Assembly (NCBI GenBank): GCA_029262055.1
Contig: JAJDAD010000009.1
Span: forward strand, 29,297 to 93,296
Length of the DNA: 64,000 bases
Source of the DNA: Candidatus Zhuqueibacterota bacterium
GTDB lineage: Bacteria; Zhuqueibacterota; Zhuqueibacteria; Oceanimicrobiales; Oceanimicrobiaceae
Direction: 5' to 3'
The position numbers and the translations under genes were made by a program. Shown piece by piece: positions 56,518-64,000 of the stretch. The notes below the pieces were generated by a model, which saw only the letters and a program-made list of their open reading frames with translations, had not been told where the DNA came from and did not search any database. The stretch's first letter is position 1. Each line of letters starts with the position of its first letter.

Positions 56518-57525
56518 TCACCGGTCAACAATTGCAGTGCACCGACTTTCAGAGTCTTCAACAAGGTTGGTTCCGTCTAAATGACAGGCGACCGTGTGGT
56601 CGGGATTGATCACCCGCAGGTGCGGTTTCTCAGAGCTACAGACAGCTCCGACCGAGGGACATCTGTTTGCAAAGCGGCAGGCGTTTTCTGGTTCCTGGAT
56701 TTGCGCGGATGGTCCGGGCTGGTGATACACTTTTTGCGGCGTCAGGTTGGCCGCTTGCACCAGCAATCTCGTATAGGGATGTGCCGGCGAGGTGAGCAGT
56801 GACGTAACATTCGCAAGCTCAGCCAGTTCACCCTTATACAAGACCGCCGTGCGGTCTGCTATTTGGGAAACTACACCAAGGTCGTGTGTGATCAAGAGCA
56901 GGGTAATGCCGCGATTTGCCTGCAAATTTCTGAGCAGCGTTAAGATGCTGCTCTTGGTAGCGGCATCCAGGCTGGATGTGGGCTCATCAGCTACCACAAA
57001 AATGGGGTCGGTGGCCAGGGCTCGCGCTATGGCGACCCGCTGCCGCTGGCCGCCGCTCAGCTCGTGTGGAAATCGAGCGTGGTAGCTCGAACCCAACTCA
57101 ACGGAATCCAATAGTTCATCAACTCTCCTGGTTGTTTGAGCCTTGGTCAAGCTACTGTGTACCTGAAGAACCTCAGACAGACAGGAACCGATGGTTTGCC
57201 GCGGATTGAATGCGGTGCCATGGTTTTGAAAGACGATTTGAAGTTGCGGCCGCAGGTGGCGGAACTGTTTTTCCGACATTTGCAGAATATCTAGGCCGTT
57301 ATGGTAGATTTGTCCGCTGTCCGGCTTGACCAGTCGTACCAGTGAGCGCCCCAGAGTGGTCTTGCCGCTGCCTGATTCACCGACCACGGCCAGGCATTCC
57401 CCTTGCATTATTTCGAGTGAGAAATTGTGCAATGCCTTGACCGGGAGAGCTTTTTTGCCGGAGAACATCCTGTTTCTGTGACCGTACTCCTTGCACAGGT
57501 TTTTGACTTTAAGCAGGGGCTGCAA
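56518..57525 (-). CDS. ABC transporter ATP-binding protein (DppF/OppF-type)
   Basis: GESGSGKTT, LSGGQRQRVAIARAL, VVADEPTSSLD. C-terminal Cys-rich oligopeptide-type extension. Confidence 0.9.
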   Translation of the reverse strand: MQPLLKVKNLCKEYGHRNRMFSGKKALPVKALHNFSLEIMQGECLAVVGESGSGKTTLGRSLVRLVKPDSGQIYHNGLDILQMSEKQFRHLRPQLQIVFQNHGTAFNPRQTIGSCLSEVLQVHSSLTKAQTTRRVDELLDSVELGSSYHARFPHELSGGQRQRVAIARALATDPIFVVADEPTSSLDAATKSSILTLLRNLQANRGITLLLITHDLGVVSQIADRTAVLYKGELAELANVTSLLTSPAHPYTRLLVQAANLTPQKVYHQPGPSAQIQEPENACRFANRCPSVGAVCSSEKPHLRVINPDHTVACHLDGTNLVEDSESRCTAIVDR

Positions 57526-58366
57526 TCGCGACCTGCCCTGGCTCTGTTGCAGAGCCCTCAGTTGGAATTGCCAGCATGGAATCTACCAGCCTCCGGGTGC
57601 ACTGATTTTGCGGATTGCGCAAGAGGTCCGCAGTATTGCCGGATTCTACGATTTGCCCATTTTCCATCACAAGCAGTGATTCGGCCAGCATTTGTACGAC
57701 CTGCAGATCGTGGCTGATGACAAGCATGGCAATTTTCTGTTCCTGTTGAAGTTTCCGCAGCAATGACAGGATTTGCATTTGCGTCACGACGTCCAGCGCA
57801 GTTGTCGGTTCGTCCGCGATAAGGAGTTTTGGCCCACAACTCAAAGCCATTGCTATCATGACTCGTTGCGCGATGCCGCCGCTGAGTTGATGGGGATAAG
57901 ACATGTAAACCTGCGCGGGGTCGGCGAGGCCTGTACGTTCGAAAAGAGCAAGGATGCGCTCTTTTGCTTGTGTTGAGTTAAGACTGAGGTGTGTCTTAAC
58001 AACATCAAAGATCTGGTCGCCCACACGAAAGACCGGATTTAAGGCAGGCTGCGGGTCTTGAAATATGATGCTGATTTCGCGACCCCGTACGCTGCGCAGA
58101 GCCTTGCCGGGGTCGACACACAGGTTTCGCTCAGCAAACCATATTTCTCCTGCCGCCAGACTCACGTCCTTTGGTAGAAGGCCAAGCAGGGCGAGTGCCG
58201 TGAGGGTTTTGCCCGAGCCGGAAGGACCAACCAATGCGGTACTCCGTTCGGGATGAAGCGCAAACGAGACGTTCCTGACTATCGGGAAACAAGCTGCGGG
58301 AGAGAGGATTTCGATGCAAAGATCATTGACCTGCAGAAGGGGGCGAGAGCTGGCTTGCTTCATCAC
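57509..58366 (-). CDS. ABC transporter ATP-binding protein (DppD/OppD-type)
   Basis: [36 protein letters not shown]. Confidence 0.9.
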   Translation of the reverse strand: MMKQASSRPLLQVNDLCIEILSPAACFPIVRNVSFALHPERSTALVGPSGSGKTLTALALLGLLPKDVSLAAGEIWFAERNLCVDPGKALRSVRGREISIIFQDPQPALNPVFRVGDQIFDVVKTHLSLNSTQAKERILALFERTGLADPAQVYMSYPHQLSGGIAQRVMIAMALSCGPKLLIADEPTTALDVVTQMQILSLLRKLQQEQKIAMLVISHDLQVVQMLAESLLVMENGQIVESGNTADLLRNPQNQCTRRLVDSMLAIPTEGSATEPGQVAIAAPA

Positions 58367-58408
58367 AACACAAGCTGACGGTTTAGCTCTTGCACACGAC
58401 TGGAAGAC

Positions 58409-58804
58409 TCAGTTTGCTAGAGAAAGCTGCTCGAATTTGAGTAGGGTGTCGCCGAGCCTGATAACGCAGCCATCACATAGCGGCGTTGCTTCGGTGACTT
58501 TCTCGCCATTTACAAAAACACCATTGCGGCTGTGGCGGTCCTGAATTTTGAAGATCTCATTCTCGTACAGAATCGAGGCGTGTTTGTTCGAAATATGTTC
58601 GTCACCCAGAACAATTATGTTGCCACAGTCGTGTCCGATTGTCGTGCGCCCGTTGCGCAGGACAAACAGGGCTCCTTCCGGCTCCCCTTCTACCACGGAC
58701 AACCGGGCTTTGATCTCACTGGCCGGCTTCATCCTTGAGCCACATTGCGTGCAAAAATTATGAGCTGTGCGTGACTGCGAACCGCAGGACTTACAAATCG
58801 TCAT
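58409..58804 (-). CDS. Zinc-ribbon + FHA domain protein
   Basis: CKSCGS-x11-CTQCG, then TTIGHDCGNIIVLGDEHISNKHASI..SRNGVFVNGEKV (FHA). Confidence 0.8.
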   Translation of the reverse strand: MTICKSCGSQSRTAHNFCTQCGSRMKPASEIKARLSVVEGEPEGALFVLRNGRTTIGHDCGNIIVLGDEHISNKHASILYENEIFKIQDRHSRNGVFVNGEKVTEATPLCDGCVIRLGDTLLKFEQLSLAN

Positions 58805-58833
58805 TGTTCTACTCCGAGCTTACTGTGGGAAAG

Positions 58834-59127
58834 TCATGGCTCATCAACGCGTGCGTCTGCTAACGCTTTCCGCGACTTTTCATATAGTTCGCGGGCTTGA
58901 GTGTGTTCCGGGTGTTCTTTCAGGACATTCTCAAAGATCTGCTTGGCCGCCGCATACTTGCCTTCGTTATAGTACACGATTGCCAAATCGAAACGGATAT
59001 CCTGGACCTTCAAGTCCTGACGCGTCACAAAGTCGCTGTCGTTTTGTACGGTCAAATTATAGCCGCAAAATCCACAAAACCGGTCCCCGTTCGCGCCTCC
59101 AGTTCCACATCTTGGACAGATGTTCAT
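58834..59127 (-). CDS. Zinc-ribbon + TPR small protein
   Basis: MNICPRCG-x10-CGFCG, then LAIVYYNEGKYAAAKQIFENVLKEHPEH. AAGGAA RBS before the ATG at 59127. The track ORF uses a TTG at 59163. Confidence 0.6.
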   Translation of the reverse strand: MNICPRCGTGGANGDRFCGFCGYNLTVQNDSDFVTRQDLKVQDIRFDLAIVYYNEGKYAAAKQIFENVLKEHPEHTQARELYEKSRKALADARVDEP

Positions 59128-59164
59128 TTTTTGATTCCTTTTTGAAATAGATTGTGCTGGCAAA

Positions 59165-62100
59165 TTACCTTTTGTTGACTCCGGCTTTCGTCTTCACTCC
59201 AGAAGATATTTTGTCATCAACAACTATCACCGTTTCAGGCAGGATCTGGTCAAGAATCTCCAAGATTTCACTAGCTTTTGATTTTAACCCCAGTTCCGTG
59301 CAAAGCGACAGTGAGTTTTCGTAGTATTGTCTTGCGGTCTCACTGTCATTTTTGTTTTGGGCAAGCTCGGCATATGCGCTGTAACATTCGGCGAGACCTT
59401 CTTTGTAAGCAAGGCTCTCATTGATGTCGATGCTCATCTTCAGGAACTTTTCCGCCTTGGAATATTGTTCGCGGGCGCTGTAGATTAACCCCCAAATGTG
59501 ATAGACCTCAGCGACATTTAACGTATCGTCCGCGCTCTTGAAGAACTTTAAGGCCTTTTCAGAATAGCTTTTTGCCTGCTCAAGGTCCTTGTTTTGTTTG
59601 ACTAAGGTTTTTCCCAGATTCATCATGGCCAGTGCCCGCAAGGGCCTGTCATTTATGTCTTCTGCCAGTTTCACGCAGCGCTCAAACGCCGAGACTGCAC
59701 CGCCCCATTCGCATTTATCCATCAGGGTCATTCCGATGTTATGGTAGATGCGACCCTGGTCCTGTTCACACTTTTCTTTGGTTTCGTAGATTTCGAGCGC
59801 GCTCTCATAGTTCGCCATCGCCTCGTCGTGCCGCCCGCGGATGTTCGCAATAATTCCGAGGTTGGTCAATGCGTGTGCCCTTTCTGCTTTGGCCGACTCT
59901 TCACCCGAAGCGCCTTCGAGCACTTCCCGAAAATAAGTGGCGGCAGTGCTGTAGTCACCTTTGTGGAAATAGATGAGCCCAAGGTTGTTCAGAGCTCGCC
60001 TCAGGATTGCCGCCAGATTTTCTGCCTTGGCGATTCTCAGGCAGCTTTCGTAACTCTTACGCGATGCATCCCAATCTGCTAGCTTCCCCTGGATTCGGCC
60101 GATAGACAACAGGGCATTGGCCTCCGCTGAATTGCTGTCGGCTTGCTTTGCGAGCCGCAAACTGGTTTTGAACGCGGCCAGGCTGTCCTCCGGGCGACCG
60201 GTTTCCTCGTAACAGACTCCCAGCCTTTCGTGCAACTCCACTTCATTCAGGGATTCTGGCAAATTGACACCGGACTCGGTCATTGAGTCGAGGAAGTTTT
60301 CGAAAAACAAGCTCGATTCCCGATAAGCATTCAGGGTAAATGCACGCACACCCGCTTCGTACAAGAAGGGAGTCGCTTCGGAGTGATTGCCGCCGCGGCG
60401 CAAATGGTCAGCGACCTCGCCAACATAGGAGCCCAGGTCTGTTCCGTACATCGCCTGTAGCTCGGCGGCTATCATGAGATGGTACTCACGCCTCAGGGCA
60501 GCCGGGATATCGTTGTACAGCAAGTCGCGCAACATCGGATGTTCGAACTGAAAGCCGTGCTCATTGCTCGATATTATCTGCAATTCGCGCTCAATCCGTT
60601 GAAAATCTTTGAGGAGTTTCAGTTTCTTCTCTTCCAGTACTTTGGCTAAAACAGAGGCGTCCACCTTATAACCTTGTACGGCAGCAACCTGTAGCAACTC
60701 CTGTTCTTGCTCATCCAGACCACTGATACGGCGCAGGAAAATGTCTTCGATTCTGTCGGGCACAGCAGGACTAAAATCTTGATCCTTGTTCTGCCATGTC
60801 CCTTCGTCCTGGAAGATTACTTCGTCGTCCTGCAACTGCTTCAGAGTCTCTGTCACAAAGAACGGGTTGCCCTTGGTCTCATCAAACAATGAGTCATAAA
60901 ACCGGTCGGTAAACAAATTGGGAGAGTACTTTTTGTCGACCAACATTGTGCAACTCTCTTTGTCGAACTTTTCCAGGTCCAGCTGGACGTAGTTGCCTTC
61001 GCGACGTACGCGGGCAAGGGTATTAAGCAATTTCCCCGGCTTGCCATGCTTTCTTAGATCATAACGGTCCGTCCGGCTTATGCCGAGCATGAGGATGGCT
61101 TCCTTGCCTACGTAGCGGGAGAGATAATGGAACAGACGCAAGCTCGCTTCGTCGGCCCACTGGATGTCATCGAGGATGAGCAAGACCGGCCGGTACTCTG
61201 ACAGCGTCTTGACAAATTGGTAGATACCCTCGTTGAGGTTGGGATCGCTGCTTGCCTCCGGGCCACCGCCGATGGGACCGCCAAAGCTGGTCGTAAAGCG
61301 TTCGCTGAATTCCAACAGAAAGGGCACTCGTTCCCGTACCATTTCCTTCATCTCCTGCCGCTTGTCTTCCGGCAAGCTGTGGCTGTCCCTGCTAAAGAAA
61401 GAGCGCAGGGCATCTATGTACGGCAGATACGCATCCATCCCCTCCTGGTACAAACATGCCCCGTACAGAACGCAGGCACCATTCATCTGAGCATACTTCT
61501 TGAACCGGTTTGCCAGCGTGCTCTTGCCAACCCCGGCTTCTCCCATTAGAATGACCGTCTGGCCAACGCCCTGCTTTGCTTTCTGGTACAAGCTTACCAG
61601 CTTTTTTAGCTCAGGCCGACGACCGATGAATACCGGGCGCCCACCGGGGAGGTTTTGTCTTTCTTCGTCCAGGTTATTTTCGGAATCGAGCAATCCGTCG
61701 ATGTTGACCTGCGGCGTCCGTGTCTGCTGGCTCACCGAGCGCAGAGCCTCCGCAAACTCATCTGCTGAATGCCACCTTTCTTCCTTCTGTTTGTCGATTG
61801 CCTTCAGGACAACATCATCCAGGGCACTCTTGACCTGGGAGTTGTAATGTGAGGGTGGAATTGGATCTTCATTCAACTGATTATAGAGGATCGCTGCGGG
61901 GGAGTCGCTCGTAAACGGTAGCCTACCCGTCAACATCTCGTACAACACGATACCCGCCGCATAGATGTCACAGCGGGTGTCCACGGCTTCACCCAACAAT
62001 TGTTCAGGGGCCATGTACTGAACGGTCCCTACCACGTCTCCGGCCATGGTCAGGCCCTGTTTGGCCAGAGTTTTTGCGACCCCGAAATCGAGGACTTTTA

Positions 62101-62530
62101 CGAGATCCTGTGTCGTGACGAGAATATTTTCGGACTTGATGTCACGGTGGATGATTTCAAAGTTATGGGCGTGTTGCAGGGCGCTGAGGACCTGTTGGCT
62201 GAAGTCAATGGCACGTTCCGGGCTCATTATTTCTTCCCGCCGCACTATGGTTGTGAGGGGCAGTCCTTCAACGAATTCCATCACGATATAGCGGCCCAGT
62301 TTGACCTTCCCTATTTCATGGATGGTCACGATATTCGGATGCACTGATCTTGCGAGCAGCCTTGCCTCACGCATGAAACGGGCATCATTGGCCTCGTCAT
62401 CCATGAGGTGGCGATGCATGATTTTTACCGCGACATCTCGTTCAAGAGTCGTGTCGAAGCCCCTATAGACTTCGCCCATTCCCCCGGTTCCCAATTTTTC
62501 ACCCAGCCGATAGTGCTTAATTTTTTTCAT
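59165..62530 (-). CDS. Ser/Thr protein kinase fused to AAA(+)/STAND-type ATPase and TPR array
   Basis: LGTGGMGEVY..VAVKIM..HRDIKSENILV..DFGVAK. P-loop GEAGVGKST. About 400 aa of C-terminal TPR. Confidence 0.9.
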   Translation of the reverse strand: MKKIKHYRLGEKLGTGGMGEVYRGFDTTLERDVAVKIMHRHLMDDEANDARFMREARLLARSVHPNIVTIHEIGKVKLGRYIVMEFVEGLPLTTIVRREEIMSPERAIDFSQQVLSALQHAHNFEIIHRDIKSENILVTTQDLVKVLDFGVAKTLAKQGLTMAGDVVGTVQYMAPEQLLGEAVDTRCDIYAAGIVLYEMLTGRLPFTSDSPAAILYNQLNEDPIPPSHYNSQVKSALDDVVLKAIDKQKEERWHSADEFAEALRSVSQQTRTPQVNIDGLLDSENNLDEERQNLPGGRPVFIGRRPELKKLVSLYQKAKQGVGQTVILMGEAGVGKSTLANRFKKYAQMNGACVLYGACLYQEGMDAYLPYIDALRSFFSRDSHSLPEDKRQEMKEMVRERVPFLLEFSERFTTSFGGPIGGGPEASSDPNLNEGIYQFVKTLSEYRPVLLILDDIQWADEASLRLFHYLSRYVGKEAILMLGISRTDRYDLRKHGKPGKLLNTLARVRREGNYVQLDLEKFDKESCTMLVDKKYSPNLFTDRFYDSLFDETKGNPFFVTETLKQLQDDEVIFQDEGTWQNKDQDFSPAVPDRIEDIFLRRISGLDEQEQELLQVAAVQGYKVDASVLAKVLEEKKLKLLKDFQRIERELQIISSNEHGFQFEHPMLRDLLYNDIPAALRREYHLMIAAELQAMYGTDLGSYVGEVADHLRRGGNHSEATPFLYEAGVRAFTLNAYRESSLFFENFLDSMTESGVNLPESLNEVELHERLGVCYEETGRPEDSLAAFKTSLRLAKQADSNSAEANALLSIGRIQGKLADWDASRKSYESCLRIAKAENLAAILRRALNNLGLIYFHKGDYSTAATYFREVLEGASGEESAKAERAHALTNLGIIANIRGRHDEAMANYESALEIYETKEKCEQDQGRIYHNIGMTLMDKCEWGGAVSAFERCVKLAEDINDRPLRALAMMNLGKTLVKQNKDLEQAKSYSEKALKFFKSADDTLNVAEVYHIWGLIYSAREQYSKAEKFLKMSIDINESLAYKEGLAECYSAYAELAQNKNDSETARQYYENSLSLCTELGLKSKASEILEILDQILPETVIVVDDKISSGVKTKAGVNKR

Positions 62531-62567
62531 GATGAGGATTCGCTTAATCCGCCTACGTTACTTGCAT

Positions 62568-63866
62568 TCATCCCTGAATCGGTGTCACATCCACTGTATC
62601 CTTCTCTGTCCTTGGGAGTTTCGTCGCTGCCGGCTTATCCAGTACTTGCAGTTCGCCGTAGAGCCTCTGCGCCTGCGTTTCGATGGCATCTGCCTCTGCG
62701 GTTCGCCCTTGCTCGGCAAGCATTCTGGCGTACGCCTCGTAACAATTGGCCAGTCCAAGCGGTACCCTAAACTGTTTATACAAACCAGCACTTTGTTTAA
62801 AAAAAATCTCGGCCGCGGTAACGTTGCCGTTGAGCCAAAATATGCGGGCCAGCAGGACATTGGTTTTTGCGATACCGATTGGATTGCTAAGGGAGACGAC
62901 AGTCTCAAGGGCGCGGGCACAAGTGTTGACTGCCATGGGTAGATCGCCGGTTTTGGTGTACATTTCAGCTTTGTTGGAGTAAACGAACGCGAGCAGCGGA
63001 AAATTTGCTATCTCCTGGCAAAGCTGCAGGGCTTTTTCGAAATAATAGCCCGACTGCCCATACTCGCCCCGGTGCAGGTGTACAACTCCGAGATTATTCA
63101 TGCATTCCGCAGCGCCGTGATGGTCCTGGATTGTCTGAAAGTCGATGAGAGCTTTCTGAAAGTGCCTGAAGGCCGAATCATGGTCGCCTTGCATCCGGCG
63201 AATGATTCCCAAATGGTTGCTGACTACTGCTTTACTGCGAATGTCACTAATGCGGCCGGTTTTATGTAAAGCGCCTTCGAAAATGTCTTCGGCTGTGGCA
63301 TACTCACCTTTGCGGTAGGCAATTTTCGCCAGTTCGATTTCACCTAAGACCGCCTCGCTGTGATTGCCGGCGCTTTCCAGCTTTTCGATGGCCGAAAGCA
63401 GGAGTGTTTCCGCTCGTTGCCAATTACCCTTGCCGGATTCGATCCGGGCGATTCGATACTCAATTTGGCCCTGACGTGAATAGTCCTGCAGCCCCTGAGC
63501 CAATGCCAGGGCATCCTGGTAGTTCTTCAGCGCGGCCTCATAATTTGCCAGATTTTCATAGGTCTCGCCCAGAACGAAGATAAAATTAACATGCTGGACC
63601 TTGCTCAGAGTTGTGGTCTTAGCATTCTGAAAGGCTTGGAGCGCGAGATCGATGTGACCACTTGCTTTTTCAAGAGAATCGGTATCAATGTCGGCAAATG
63701 TACCGGTGCGATTATCCGCGCGCTGGGATGCAAGTCTCCTGATGGTCGCGCGGATCAATTCAACTTCGCGACCTTGATGCAGGCCGGCTCCATCAGAACC
63801 TTCAATGAAAAGCGCACTCATCTCCTGCAAATAGTTATCAATGGCTATGCTGCTATCCTTAATCAA
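62568..63866 (-). CDS. TPR repeat protein
   Basis: Repeated A..Y...AL.I motifs throughout. TTG start overlaps the upstream stop. Confidence 0.7.
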   Translation of the reverse strand: MIKDSSIAIDNYLQEMSALFIEGSDGAGLHQGREVELIRATIRRLASQRADNRTGTFADIDTDSLEKASGHIDLALQAFQNAKTTTLSKVQHVNFIFVLGETYENLANYEAALKNYQDALALAQGLQDYSRQGQIEYRIARIESGKGNWQRAETLLLSAIEKLESAGNHSEAVLGEIELAKIAYRKGEYATAEDIFEGALHKTGRISDIRSKAVVSNHLGIIRRMQGDHDSAFRHFQKALIDFQTIQDHHGAAECMNNLGVVHLHRGEYGQSGYYFEKALQLCQEIANFPLLAFVYSNKAEMYTKTGDLPMAVNTCARALETVVSLSNPIGIAKTNVLLARIFWLNGNVTAAEIFFKQSAGLYKQFRVPLGLANCYEAYARMLAEQGRTAEADAIETQAQRLYGELQVLDKPAATKLPRTEKDTVDVTPIQG

Positions 63867-64000
63867 AACTCTCCTCGTTGCGTTTCGATGCCTGCGAGCG
63901 TTCTGGCATCCGATTCTTCAAATTCGGCCAGCTCTTTTGCTATAGCCTCAACTTTGTCCTTGATATGCAGTTGCTGGTAAGACGCCAGGGCTTTCTCCAG
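63863..64000 (-). CDS. C-terminal fragment of an upstream (probably TPR-like) protein, truncated by the window edge
   Basis: Minus-strand frame open from 64000 reads LEKALASYQQLHIKDKVEAIAKELAEFEESDARTLAGIETQRGEF-stop. Not in the ORF track because it is short. Confidence 0.4.
   Translation of the reverse strand: MEKALASYQQLHIKDKVEAIAKELAEFEESDARTLAGIETQRGEF

Noticed and set aside
1-64000. Window-wide check for CRISPR arrays, prophage or IS genes, toxin-antitoxin pairs, and rRNA or tRNA genes.
   Set aside because: I found no regularly spaced direct repeats, no transposase, integrase or phage structural motifs, and no rRNA- or tRNA-like sequences. The only mobile-element-like feature is the 20849-21079 repeat element.

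Overview
This 64-kb window comes from a motile, menaquinone-using bacterium. I saw no rRNA or tRNA genes, CRISPR arrays, transposases or integrases. All protein calls rest on motifs read from the ORF translations, not on database searches.

Layout:
1. 611-20850, + strand: 17 tightly packed or overlapping genes form a ~20-kb glycan-tailoring island. Its core is a NeuB-type nonulosonic-acid synthase, a cytidylyltransferase, a DegT aminotransferase and two SDR enzymes. Tailoring genes include two radical-SAM enzymes, a C-methyltransferase-type enzyme, an ACP-AAC(3) fusion, a DltA-like adenylating enzyme, a DUF4910-like protein, two sulfotransferases, two GT2 enzymes and a giant GT1-GT2-TPR protein.
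2. 20849-21079: a MITE-like nested inverted-repeat element.
3. 21360-24003: late flagellar genes fliS, fliD, a chaperone-like ORF and flgM.
4. 24489-27619, - strand: Hpt, RR-PP2C, an RsbW-like kinase and CheR.
5. 28490-43108: a 15-kb chemotaxis operon holding a double-Hpt CheA, CheW, a protoglobin MCP, a Cache-type MCP, CheR, CheB, CheD, an HDOD protein, three receivers, two CheX-type proteins and FliM.
6. 43316-50767: a GbsR-type regulator followed by menF-D-B-A-C-E.
7. 50764-64000, - strand: an Ig-like exported protein, menG/ubiE, a sensor-less sigma-54 activator, a binding-protein-less peptide-type ABC importer, Zn-ribbon-FHA and Zn-ribbon-TPR proteins, a Ser/Thr kinase-AAA-TPR protein and further TPR proteins.

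Strongest candidates for new biology:
- The carrier-protein-dependent aminoacylation plus sulfation module inside the flagellum-adjacent sugar island.
- The split HptB/HsbR-like partner-switching module next to flgM, which has no STAS partner in the window.
- The kinase/FHA/ABC/EBP gene string.
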